Positions 18,863 to 28,153 of a stretch of DNA of 42,771 nt are shown here, piece after piece. Under the pieces are notes generated by a model. It was not told the DNA's origin, ran no database searches, and saw only the letters and a list, made by a program, of their open reading frames with translations. The stretch's first letter is position 1. The number at the start of each line of letters is the position of its first letter. This DNA is from Taibaiella helva (GTDB taxonomy: Bacteria > Bacteroidota > Bacteroidia > Chitinophagales > Chitinophagaceae), in assembly GCA_040393285.1 (NCBI GenBank), contig JBEBUO010000001.1, forward strand, positions 1-42,771. The letters are read 5' to 3'. The translations under genes and the position numbers were made by a program.

Positions 18863-19546
18863 TTAGTCCTGCAGCACCCTTCCCTTTCCTGCGGGTGGCC
18901 GGTAATGTCCTTTTTTGTTATGTGGAAGAGCCTGCTTCCGCTGTTCTATACGCATACTATCGGTCACAGAAGTATACTGAAATGTTTTCTCAGAAACCAG
19001 GTCGTCTACCTGGTATATTTCTTCTTTAACCAATTGCCCCGAAGTGGCGTCATAATATCGCCATACCCCATGCTTAAGCGGCCCCTGATAATTCGTGATG
19101 GCCACGAGCGTGTCGTACAGGGTAATAGGATCTGTGATCCATATTGAATCAATTTTTTGTTGTGCAGAAAAGGCACGGTATTGCCCGTCGCAGACCAGTT
19201 TGCCTTTTTCATAATACTGGGCCTGTCCATCCAGGATATCCCGCCGGAAATGTTCGATGGACATCAGTCTTCCTTCCGTATCTAAGGTATACCAGGCACC
19301 CTGTTTCTGATCATCACGATAATTACCAAAACGGGTGTAGCCCGGCTCTCCACGTAAAGGCGCCACCTGAAAAAACCAGGTACCCTGTTTCCTGTTTTGC
19401 TTATCTTTTTGGTTCAGGCTGTCGTGCGTTGTTTCCCTGCTCGTTTGCGCACGACCCTGTTCCTGAGCTGCAACATTTGTAATAAACAAAAGCAGCGCGG
19501 GAGCAAGCGCAAAAAGTACCCAGCTTATAGAACGAATCTTTCTCAA
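18863..19546 (-). CDS. Exported MORN-variant repeat (YwqK-like) protein
   Basis: Signal peptide; repeats KQGTWFF, KQGAWYT, LDGQAQYY, KHGVWRYY; TTG start abuts the iscA stop codon. Confidence 0.85.
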   Translation of the reverse strand: MRKIRSISWVLFALAPALLLFITNVAAQEQGRAQTSRETTHDSLNQKDKQNRKQGTWFFQVAPLRGEPGYTRFGNYRDDQKQGAWYTLDTEGRLMSIEHFRRDILDGQAQYYEKGKLVCDGQYRAFSAQQKIDSIWITDPITLYDTLVAITNYQGPLKHGVWRYYDATSGQLVKEEIYQVDDLVSEKTFQYTSVTDSMRIEQRKQALPHNKKGHYRPPAGKGRVLQD

Positions 19547-19891
19547 TTATACGGCAAAGGAAGTGCCGCAACCACACGAGCTGCTGGCATTGGGGTTATT
19601 AAAGATAAAGCCTCTGGCATTCAGACCGTTGGCATAGTCGATCTGCATCCCGGCCAGGTACATGCCATGGGCCTTTTTCATGATCACAGGAATACCGCTT
19701 ATTTCAAATTCTTCGTCATCGGATTCCTGTGTATCAAAACCCAGTACGTAGCTCAGGCCGGAGCAGCCTCCCCCCTTTACCCCTACCCTGAGTTTATGTC
19801 CGGGTGTGGCATCGGGAGCCGCCAGCAGGCGTCTTACTTCTTGCTGCGCTGCTTCTGTAAACGTGAGCGCAGGCGTTGTTGTCGCATTCAT
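19547..19891 (-). CDS. iscA: A-type Fe-S carrier (HesB/IscA family)
   Basis: LRVGVKGGGCSGLSY and NPNASSSCGCGTSF. Confidence 0.95.
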   Translation of the reverse strand: MNATTTPALTFTEAAQQEVRRLLAAPDATPGHKLRVGVKGGGCSGLSYVLGFDTQESDDEEFEISGIPVIMKKAHGMYLAGMQIDYANGLNARGFIFNNPNASSSCGCGTSFAV

Positions 19892-19930
19892 AATATGGTT
19901 ATCTATTATCTATTATTAAATTGTTGTTGG

Positions 19931-20443
19931 CTAACCCTCCGTAGCGTCATCTGCTTTGTCTTTCTTGGCTGCGGCTTGCTTGTCCTTTTCCTCATTCGCT
20001 TGGTCCCCTTCCGTTTCTTCCTCCTGGGTCACGATAAACTGAGGCAGTACAAATCCGGATTGCTGTTGCTGCTGCATTTTCTCTTTTTGTTCTACAAAAG
20101 AACTGTAGCTGCCGAACTGACGCATCAATTGATATCCTTCATTGGTCAGGTTCAGCTTCCCGGTATTTCCAAAGCCGATCACCCCGTTTACCAGTCCCGT
20201 ACTCATCAGTATCTCCCATATACGCTCATATTCCTGTTCAGATATCCGAATGCGGTGCGGACGCAGAATCTCTTTATCCAGCTTCTTGGTGATCCGGTCC
20301 CCTTCGTTATACAGTTCTTGCAGTGTTGTATCTATTATATACACATCCTGCGCCTGCTTATCGGGGAATACGGGCAACGAATTCCGGTTGCGAAAGCGGG
20401 TAATGACATTATTCTTTTTATTCCTGTTGGTTATTTTATCCAT
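19931..20443 (-). CDS. Hypothetical protein, possible winged-helix domain with a Gln/acidic tail
   Basis: Fills the gap in a same-strand gene run; LNLTNEGYQLM resembles a wHTH wing; QQQQQ and E/D-rich C-terminus. Confidence 0.75.
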   Translation of the reverse strand: MDKITNRNKKNNVITRFRNRNSLPVFPDKQAQDVYIIDTTLQELYNEGDRITKKLDKEILRPHRIRISEQEYERIWEILMSTGLVNGVIGFGNTGKLNLTNEGYQLMRQFGSYSSFVEQKEKMQQQQQSGFVLPQFIVTQEEETEGDQANEEKDKQAAAKKDKADDATEG

Positions 20444-20475
20444 AGATCACATTGTATGGTCCTTAAAACTTTAAG

Positions 20476-21132
20476 TTACGAAATTTTGGCCAAAACGGTT
20501 TGTCCACCGCGAACAGCCTGTCCTATCTGTACAGCTATCTGCGTACCCAGCGGGAAAAAGATGTCCACCCGGGAACCGAAGCGAATAAAGCCAAATTCGT
20601 CATTTTGGCGGATCTCGTCACCAGGTTTAACGTAATATTTAATTCTCCTGGCCATGGCACCAGCTATCTGGCGCAACAACAGCGTTGTCCTTTCATTACT
20701 TACCACTACCGTTGTCCGCTCATTTTCAGTAGAGCTTTTCGGATGCCAGGCCACCAGATATTTACCCGGATGGTATTTTACATAATCTATTTTACCACTT
20801 ATAGGGCTACGGTTTACATGCACATTAAGCGGCGACATAAAAATAGACACCTGTAGCCTCCTGCCTTTAAAAAATTCGGGCTCTTCTACTTCTTCTATCA
20901 CCACCACTTTACCATCAGCAGGTGCTACCACAAGACCTGCACCTTCAGAGAATTTACGGATAGGGATTCTGAAAAACCATAAAACCCAGAACCACAACAG
21001 GAAAAACACCAGTTGCAGCAGCCAATACAACACAGGTATGGCGTATAAAAATTTATAGCTTAAAAAGCCAAGACCGATCCATAAAAGGGTAGCTATGACT
21101 ATATGCAGGTATCCTTCTTTATGTATGTACAT
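20476..21132 (-). CDS. psd: Phosphatidylserine decarboxylase proenzyme
   Basis: APADGKVV, IFMSPLNVHVNR, self-cleavage site FGSRVD. Confidence 0.97.
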   Translation of the reverse strand: MYIHKEGYLHIVIATLLWIGLGFLSYKFLYAIPVLYWLLQLVFFLLWFWVLWFFRIPIRKFSEGAGLVVAPADGKVVVIEEVEEPEFFKGRRLQVSIFMSPLNVHVNRSPISGKIDYVKYHPGKYLVAWHPKSSTENERTTVVVSNERTTLLLRQIAGAMARRIKYYVKPGDEIRQNDEFGFIRFGSRVDIFFPLGTQIAVQIGQAVRGGQTVLAKIS

Positions 21133-21185
21133 ATGTTTACTTAAATATTAGACAACAAAATGTCTTAACGGTTTATTGTTGCCGG

Positions 21186-21193
21186 CAAAGATA
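21186..21193 (-). promoter_or_regulatory. -7 element (TATCTTTG) for psd
   Basis: Exact match in the cdsA-psd gap. Confidence 0.6.
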
Positions 21194-21203
21194 CAGGCAA
21201 TGT

Positions 21204-22013
21204 TTAAACCATAAACCAAAGAATATAACAAAATGCAAAAGGTAAGGTAACCAACAAGGAATCAAACCGATCCAAAGCACCGCCATGGCCGGGCATTAAG
21301 TTACCGGAATCTTTAACAGCAGCCATTCTTTTCAATTTAGATTCCAGCAAATCTCCTGCCGTACCCGCTATGCAGGTGATGGCGGCAAGCATCATCCAAT
21401 CGATAAGTGTGTACATAGAAAAAGGGCTGTAATATGCCCAAACAGCTGCCCCTGCCAGGGTAAGCAACACACCCCCTATGGTGCCCTCCCAGGTCTTCTT
21501 AGGGGAAATGGCCGAAAAAGGTGTTTTACCAATAAAGGAACCTACTATGTAAGCCATGGTGTCGTTCATCCAGATCATGAGGATCAAGGCCAGGGGCAAA
21601 ACCAGATGTATTCCCCTGAGTCCTATCAAAAAACCCATGGGCAAAGAAATATAGCACCAGCCCAGCACAACGCACAGCCCGGCAGTAAACGCGGTACGCT
21701 TACTCAGTACCGAGATCAGCAGGACCAAAACCGGGAGTAAAAAACTGATATAGAATAAATTACCATCAGGCACCGCTATCGTCAGCATGATCCACACCCC
21801 ACCCAGTTGCAATAGGAAAGGGATCCAGGAAGGAAAATGCTGACCGGGAAATATTTTCTCCATCAGGGATATGAACTCGCGCAGACACAAAAACTGAATG
21901 AGTGCGGCCAAGGCAAAAATAGCCCAGGGCGTAGGCGCCAGAAGCCCTGCCATCATAACCGCAGAAAATAATATAGCGGAACCCAATCGGGTAAAAAACA
22001 CGGGCCAGTTCAT
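21204..22013 (-). CDS. cdsA: Phosphatidate cytidylyltransferase
   Basis: ISPKKTWEG, GDLLESKLKR..VKDSG..PGHGGALDRFDS. Confidence 0.97.
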   Translation of the reverse strand: MNWPVFFTRLGSAILFSAVMMAGLLAPTPWAIFALAALIQFLCLREFISLMEKIFPGQHFPSWIPFLLQLGGVWIMLTIAVPDGNLFYISFLLPVLVLLISVLSKRTAFTAGLCVVLGWCYISLPMGFLIGLRGIHLVLPLALILMIWMNDTMAYIVGSFIGKTPFSAISPKKTWEGTIGGVLLTLAGAAVWAYYSPFSMYTLIDWMMLAAITCIAGTAGDLLESKLKRMAAVKDSGNLMPGHGGALDRFDSLLVTLPFAFCYILWFMV

Positions 22014-22046
22014 GAAGATTATAAATTTAAAACAGATAACAAAGAA

Positions 22047-22964
22047 TCAGGCATCCGCCTGTTCCGGCTTTGCTTCCACACTCCAATCGGGAGGCAATAC
22101 CGTCCTGTTACGATACAATTGCCACAGCGAAAATCCCACCACCGCACCTGCAACCAAAAAATAGGTCAGCATAATGCCCAGCGGCTCCTCCATATCATCA
22201 GTACTCATATAGGCCATGATTACCTGCAGGCCATTATGGACAAAATGCAGCAACACCGTCAGCCAGAGATTACCGGTAAGGTAATAGACGATACCCAATA
22301 CCAAACCTGCAAGCAGAATAGGGATAAATTCAGAAACGCTGGCATGAAAAAGCGTAAACAAACCTGCGGTGATCAGGATGGACAACCACCACTTTCTCGT
22401 AAAGCTATAGGCAAATTTCTGTATCACACCTCTGAAAAAGACCTCTTCGCAAATGGCAGGAAGCAAGGCAATAAGCAGTAAATTTCGCAATAACGACAGC
22501 AAGTTACCCGATTGCAGGTAAAAGGATAACATCTTCTGCCTTTGGTCATCTAAAGCGGTCACCGCCGATCCGAAATCAATCTTTTTAATCCAGGTGGCCA
22601 GCACGCCAATAAAGAAAACCAGGCCCACGGCCAATAAAACTACCCAAAGCGCCTGAGGCGGCCGCTTTACCCTTTCCAGTCCCAGATAGCGCAGGGGTTG
22701 GGGATGCGCCAGATAAGCAAACACCAGGGCAGGAATTAAAAAAACAATGAGTTGAAACAAAACATTGGATCCGAAAATAATGTTGGGCTGTTCATAAAGT
22801 CCTTCCGTAAGGAATGCAGCCAGCTCGTCAGCACTGATGCCTACAGATTTCTGGATATATAATGTTTGCGCATAAATGCCAATCAGAAACAAAGCGGCCC
22901 AAATGGACAATAAAATAAGAAGCTGTATCGACTTATTATGATATTGCAGAAAAGTTTTAAACAT
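22047..22964 (-). CDS. CPBP/CAAX family intramembrane glutamic endopeptidase
   Basis: EEVFFRG, FTLFH, HFVHN. Start moved to ATG 22964 because TATTTTTG lies at 23018-23025. Confidence 0.92.
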   Translation of the reverse strand: MFKTFLQYHNKSIQLLILLSIWAALFLIGIYAQTLYIQKSVGISADELAAFLTEGLYEQPNIIFGSNVLFQLIVFLIPALVFAYLAHPQPLRYLGLERVKRPPQALWVVLLAVGLVFFIGVLATWIKKIDFGSAVTALDDQRQKMLSFYLQSGNLLSLLRNLLLIALLPAICEEVFFRGVIQKFAYSFTRKWWLSILITAGLFTLFHASVSEFIPILLAGLVLGIVYYLTGNLWLTVLLHFVHNGLQVIMAYMSTDDMEEPLGIMLTYFLVAGAVVGFSLWQLYRNRTVLPPDWSVEAKPEQADA

Positions 22965-23231
22965 AAAAACATATAAAAGGACGCCAATAAAGGTCCGTGA
23001 AAGCCTGGGTAAGGCTGCAAAAATACGGTTTAGGCCCTCAGGAACAAAAAATAAACCAGCCGGGAGCCGGTGCCGGAAAAAGAGGCCGGAAAACGCGTCG
23101 CAACAAACCAATAACGTTCCCTAAATTATTGCTAAATACCCTTACTACAGTGATCTTTCGATTATTTTTACCGGCATCGCAAGCCGGGTCCTTTCGCCTT
23201 CTATCCAAATTTTAATTGATACTTACTTCAT

Positions 23232-25472
23232 ATGTGGCAATACGCTAATAAATTTTCGATTTTTCTATGTGTAGTACTACTCCTTGCGTCGGTGGGTGAT
23301 GTGCATGGGCAAAGACGGAAAAAAAGAAACAAAAAAACAAAAGTCAGGACGGAACAACTGAAGCCACATGAAATAGATACTTTATTACAGCCTATTCCCA
23401 TCAACCGACAGGCATTTACCGATAAAATTGCCCATCAGGTAAACATCGCCGACCGTAAGGATGGCAGCCTGGATCAGAAGATTGAAGTGGATGACCCCAC
23501 AGTTTCGGAAGCTTACACGCAGATCATTATCCAGGGTGTACCGAGGGTGATGAACCATATTGAAAATATGCAAAGCGCCTCCCATACCGGGAAAATAGCG
23601 TATCACCGTGCTTTGGAAGATATGGTCAAAAGCTTTAATGCCCGGCCCATGTCCAGCTCAGAGATCACGTACATGAGGCGCAGGCTGCGTAATTTCGATG
23701 AGCTCATCGATGCGCTGGAGACGAATTCCATCAAACAATATGTCAATAAAAACGCCAATATTTATACCCTGGATAATAGCGAGTTACTGAGGGATTATCC
23801 GCAACAAAAGGCTTTTGTATTTCAAACCGTGGGTAAGGTACGACCCGAAGTAATGATCCGGCGGCTGCCCGAGTTTGCCAAAGAAGCCTATGCCGATCCC
23901 ATCGTCGCCACTGCGGCCCAGGTGGTGCCGGGTACCATTCTTACCTATGCCACCTCCACCAGTTATCTCAATGCCGTTGTACGCCGTAATGCAGATCCCC
24001 TGGTGCAGGCTATTGTGCGTATTGCCTCCGAATCGCGCAGCCCCCTTAAAGCACTGCCTTTTCTTGGCGATGTGTATCACAAGCGCAAGACCGTAAGACA
24101 GATAGATGCCATTACCAATGATCCTGTGGCCTATTACAAAGCACTGGTGCAGCTAAAAGTCCAGAATGAAACCCTGGCTGCGGACTATATTGATAAAGAA
24201 TTAAACCACAGAGGCTTGCAACTCGTACGCAAAGTGAATGAACTTCATGATGCGCCGGCCGCCACACGCTTTAAGTCGCTCCTGCCCTTTGGGGCGGAAG
24301 ACCTGTACTTTATGATGATTGGCAGCCAGGACGAGATATATACCAGCAGCTTTACCTGGATGTTTGGCCGGATGATGGAAAAGATGAAACCCATGAGCGG
24401 TGATCAGCTTCTGGACAAAGTACATAAAAACCATTTCCGCACCTTCATCCGCATGTGCGCCGGTTACAATACCCTGACCCCCTTCCTGGCCTCAATTGAA
24501 AGGACGCAGAAAGAAACATTAATGAAAGAGTTTGTGGCGGGCCTGGAACAAGGGGAACAGGATGACCTGACCGATGCGGTGGATGTGGCTGATGCATTTG
24601 GCAGCCTCTCCGACCCCGAGCTCATCAGCTTTTTAAAAGCTGAAGTAAAAACCCACCTCAACCATATGCGTAGCAGCCAGCTGGAGTCGGCCGACAAGGG
24701 AGAAATTGTGTACGGCTTGCTGCATACTATCTTTGAGAGTGCCGAAAATACGGAAAAGCTAAGCAGTGACCTGGATCGCCTGGTACCACCTATTACTTAT
24801 GTACCCAATAGCGCTATGAGAAACAGCCAGGGTGCCATTATTGTAAGGGTATACTTCTACGGAGATGCCGATGGCAAAATCTCATTCAACAGTTTTAAAT
24901 CCAACTTCCCGGCGGCTAAATGGAGCAGTGAAAGCAACAAGCAATGGATCAAATACACCGCTAAAAGTAAGGATCACCCTGTAATCGTATATGCCAATCT
25001 ACCCCTTTCCGAACCGGCGGACGAAACCGCACAAAGAGCACTCACCCAGTTTCTAAATGAGAAAGGACTGGACCCCGGCATTGTTATTCACCGTGGCCAC
25101 AGCTACCACCTGGAAGGCTCGCTGGCACAGCTCAGTCCGGCTACCAAAGTAGTGATGCTGGGCTCTTGCGGAGGCTACCATAACCTTTCTGCAGTACTGG
25201 ACAAGTCGCCGGATGCCAACATCATCTCTTCCAAGCAGATTGGCTCTTTTAGTATCAACGAACCCATCATCCGTGAAATACTACAGCCCTTACAGGAGGG
25301 TAAAGACCTGGACTGGATTAAAGCCTGGACTGACCTGGAAACCTACTTCAGCAAAAGGAGCAAGCAGGAAAAAGACCTGTTTAGCGACTATGTGCCACCT
25401 AATAAAAACCTGGGCTCTATTTTCATTAAAGCCTACCGGAAACAACTTGATCTGCTGGAAGAGGAGGTATAA
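23232..25472 (+). CDS. Exported hypothetical protein, paralogue A; putative C-terminal clan CD-like cysteine peptidase domain
   Basis: 746-aa ORF with signal peptide; full-length similarity to the next gene; IVIHRGHSY and VVMLGSCGG motifs. The CDS is secure; the function is inferred. Confidence 0.85.
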   Translation: MWQYANKFSIFLCVVLLLASVGDVHGQRRKKRNKKTKVRTEQLKPHEIDTLLQPIPINRQAFTDKIAHQVNIADRKDGSLDQKIEVDDPTVSEAYTQIIIQGVPRVMNHIENMQSASHTGKIAYHRALEDMVKSFNARPMSSSEITYMRRRLRNFDELIDALETNSIKQYVNKNANIYTLDNSELLRDYPQQKAFVFQTVGKVRPEVMIRRLPEFAKEAYADPIVATAAQVVPGTILTYATSTSYLNAVVRRNADPLVQAIVRIASESRSPLKALPFLGDVYHKRKTVRQIDAITNDPVAYYKALVQLKVQNETLAADYIDKELNHRGLQLVRKVNELHDAPAATRFKSLLPFGAEDLYFMMIGSQDEIYTSSFTWMFGRMMEKMKPMSGDQLLDKVHKNHFRTFIRMCAGYNTLTPFLASIERTQKETLMKEFVAGLEQGEQDDLTDAVDVADAFGSLSDPELISFLKAEVKTHLNHMRSSQLESADKGEIVYGLLHTIFESAENTEKLSSDLDRLVPPITYVPNSAMRNSQGAIIVRVYFYGDADGKISFNSFKSNFPAAKWSSESNKQWIKYTAKSKDHPVIVYANLPLSEPADETAQRALTQFLNEKGLDPGIVIHRGHSYHLEGSLAQLSPATKVVMLGSCGGYHNLSAVLDKSPDANIISSKQIGSFSINEPIIREILQPLQEGKDLDWIKAWTDLETYFSKRSKQEKDLFSDYVPPNKNLGSIFIKAYRKQLDLLEEEV

Positions 25473-25526
25473 AACGCCATACTCCTGCCGATGTACCATT
25501 CTTAGTATTTATGTACCTTTACTGAT

Positions 25527-27764
25527 ATGAACTTTACAAAAGCAACCACCTTACTCTTGACCGCTTCCTGCCTGCTCGCCGCTGACCTTTCGATGGCGCA
25601 AAAAAGGAACAGGCACGAGGAAACCGAGGAACCGAAACAAGCACCCAAGCCATGGGAAGTGGACACCTTGATCAGGCCCATCCCCATCAACCGTCAGGGC
25701 TTTACCGACAAGGTGATGGCCCAGGTGCGCAGGGCCGACCTACGTGACGGTGCCGTGGATGAGGTGATTGAAATACAGGACACCGCAAGTTCCAGAATGC
25801 TTACCGAGGTACTGCTCCAACGCGTGCCCAGAATCATGATACATATTGAGAACCTGGAACAAGCCGACCACCGCACCAAGCTGGGCTACCACAGGGCGCT
25901 GGAAGGACTGATGCGCAGGCTGAATGCCAAAAGCCTGGAATCCGGAGATCTCAGTTACTTCCGCAAATCGGTCAATAATTTTGAGGCCATTATCATTGCC
26001 CGGGAAGAAGGCCGTTTACCCGAATTCGTCAAAGAAAATGCCAATATCTATACCCTTGATAATGGCGAGCTGCTGGATGATTTCCCGGATGTAAAAGCCT
26101 ATGTATTCGAAACCGTAGGCACAGCCAAACCGGAGATCATGATCAAACGCTTGCCCGAGTTTGCCAAAGAAGCATATGCCGACCCGATCGTAGCCACTGC
26201 TGCCAAAGTAGTACCCGGTACCATACTCACTTATGCCACCTCTACCAGCTACCTCAATAGTGCTGTACGTAGAAATAAAGATCCCCTGGTGCAGTCTATC
26301 GTGCGCATTGCTAACGAATCGCGCAATCCGCTCAAGGTACTACCCTTCCTGGGTGATATTCATAACCAACGCAAAACGGTAGCTGAGCTGGATGCCATTA
26401 CCGAAAATCCCATTCAGTATTACAAAGCGTTGGTGGGGCTTAAATTACAGAACGAAACCATTGCTAAAGACTATATTGATAAAGAATTAAAGCTACGCGG
26501 CCTGCAGTTCGTTCGTGTGGTTAATGAATTGCATGATTCGCCTGCGCCTGTCCGCTTCAAGTCGCTCAGCCCCTTTAGTGCCGAAGACATTTATTTCATG
26601 CTGATCGGCAGCCAGGATGAAATCTACACCTCAAGCTTTACCTGGATGTTTAACCGCATGGTAGCATTGATGGATCCCCTTCCCGGCAACGAGTTTCTCA
26701 CCAAGATTCATTACGACCATTTCCGCACCTTTATCCGCATGTGCGCAGGCTATAATACCCTGGCCGATTTCCTGGGTACCATGGCCCAGGCAGAAAAACA
26801 AAACCTGATGCGTGACTTTGTGGCGAATCTGGAAAAGGGTCAGCCCGATGATCTCGAAGACGCCGTTGATGTGGCAGATGCCTTCGGTAGCCTTAACGAC
26901 CCCAAGATTATTGATTTTCTTAAAAATGAAATCCGAACCAATTATGAGCGCACCTATGCCGCCAATAACCAGGAAAGCGAAAAAGGCGTGATCGTTTACG
27001 GCCTGTTAAGCACCATCTTCAACCACAACGAATCTGAGTCCGGCTTGAATAACAACCTCACCAGCATCATTCCGCCCATTACCTATGTTCCTTATGAATT
27101 TCTGAAAGATTCCACCACCTCAAGTGTGGTACAGCAAGTATTTTTCTACGGTGATAAAGACGGTATGGGCGCTTACAACAATTACCTCAACCTGTTTCGA
27201 AACAACAACTGGAAAATAGAATATACCAATAAGTACTGGACTACCATCACCTCGACTGGTGCCAATAAAGTAATCATTTACTCTAATGTACCACTGCCCG
27301 AAGAGGCAGAGGAAAATGATGAATTTGCCCAGAATAAGCTACAGGCTTTTCTCGATGAAAATGATATCCATCCGGCGGTCATCATCCACCGTGGCCACAG
27401 CTATTACTTACCCACTACCCTCAAGCACCTCACACCTTCTGCCAAAATCATTGTCCTGGGTTCCTGCGGTGGCTACCACAACCTGGCCACGGTACTTGAT
27501 GCTTCTCCCGATGCCCATATCATATCTTCCAAGCAGGTTGGCGCCTTACGTATTAATGTGCCCATCATCAATGCTATTAACAACGACCTGGTAGCAGGCA
27601 GGGATGTCAACTGGATTGACATGTGGAGCAACCTGTCCAAATATTTTGCATCCCAGGGCGCCGGACAGCAAGATTTGTTCAGTGATTACATACCACCCAA
27701 TAAAAACCTGGGTGCCATATTCATTAAGGCCTATAGAAAAATGGCCATGGCCAGTAACCAGTAA
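25527..27764 (+). CDS. Exported hypothetical protein, paralogue B; putative C-terminal clan CD-like cysteine peptidase domain
   Basis: 745-aa ORF with signal peptide; VIIHRGHSY and IIVLGSCGG motifs. Confidence 0.85.
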   Translation: MNFTKATTLLLTASCLLAADLSMAQKRNRHEETEEPKQAPKPWEVDTLIRPIPINRQGFTDKVMAQVRRADLRDGAVDEVIEIQDTASSRMLTEVLLQRVPRIMIHIENLEQADHRTKLGYHRALEGLMRRLNAKSLESGDLSYFRKSVNNFEAIIIAREEGRLPEFVKENANIYTLDNGELLDDFPDVKAYVFETVGTAKPEIMIKRLPEFAKEAYADPIVATAAKVVPGTILTYATSTSYLNSAVRRNKDPLVQSIVRIANESRNPLKVLPFLGDIHNQRKTVAELDAITENPIQYYKALVGLKLQNETIAKDYIDKELKLRGLQFVRVVNELHDSPAPVRFKSLSPFSAEDIYFMLIGSQDEIYTSSFTWMFNRMVALMDPLPGNEFLTKIHYDHFRTFIRMCAGYNTLADFLGTMAQAEKQNLMRDFVANLEKGQPDDLEDAVDVADAFGSLNDPKIIDFLKNEIRTNYERTYAANNQESEKGVIVYGLLSTIFNHNESESGLNNNLTSIIPPITYVPYEFLKDSTTSSVVQQVFFYGDKDGMGAYNNYLNLFRNNNWKIEYTNKYWTTITSTGANKVIIYSNVPLPEEAEENDEFAQNKLQAFLDENDIHPAVIIHRGHSYYLPTTLKHLTPSAKIIVLGSCGGYHNLATVLDASPDAHIISSKQVGALRINVPIINAINNDLVAGRDVNWIDMWSNLSKYFASQGAGQQDLFSDYIPPNKNLGAIFIKAYRKMAMASNQ

Positions 27765-27780
27765 AGCAGATAACGACATA

Positions 27781-27825
27781 AAAAGGAACCTCTTTTGACA
27801 CGCATCAAAAGAGGTTTCTTTTTTT
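27781..27825. terminator. Intrinsic terminator, probably bidirectional
   Basis: AAAAGGAACCTCTTTTGA / TCAAAAGAGGTTTCTTTT stem plus T-run. Confidence 0.9.
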
Positions 27826-27829
27826 ACAC

Positions 27830-28027
27830 TTATATTTTGTCAGAAGAATCGTAGCGTTTAGGAAAATAGCACCTGTATTTAGATTCCTCCCTACGGACCG
27901 GAAGGACAGTAGGAAGATATTGCTGGCGTTTTACCTTGCTGTTCAAATAACGTACTTTGTTACAATTGTCAACGTATTCTACCGTCATTAAGGCACTCCT
28001 TCTCATAATGCCTTTTGATGCCATCAT
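27830..28027 (-). CDS. Possible small basic protein (65 aa)
   Basis: ORF in an otherwise empty gap that stops immediately before the terminator; no recognisable motif. Confidence 0.3.
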   Translation of the reverse strand: MMASKGIMRRSALMTVEYVDNCNKVRYLNSKVKRQQYLPTVLPVRREESKYRCYFPKRYDSSDKI

Positions 28028-28153
28028 CCGATTAAAGTCGCGGCACGAAATGCAGTGAAGTTGCGGGAGCGAAACGCTCTTTTTACATTTCTCCAAAGCG
28101 CTTTCTTTTTTTTACCTTTATACTTTACCTCCAACCGTACAACCCAGCATAAA

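Noticed and set aside
18863-19546. Toxin-antitoxin system suggested by the YwqK-like repeats
   Set aside because: No adjacent toxin; exported MORN-variant proteins are common in Bacteroidota.
19397-20635. 412-aa plus-strand ORF
   Set aside because: Antisense shadow across four coherent minus-strand genes; implausible L/C/F-rich composition.
22047-22964. Abortive-infection or bacteriocin-immunity role for the CPBP (Abi) protease
   Set aside because: It sits with cdsA in a housekeeping context with no defence or bacteriocin genes nearby.
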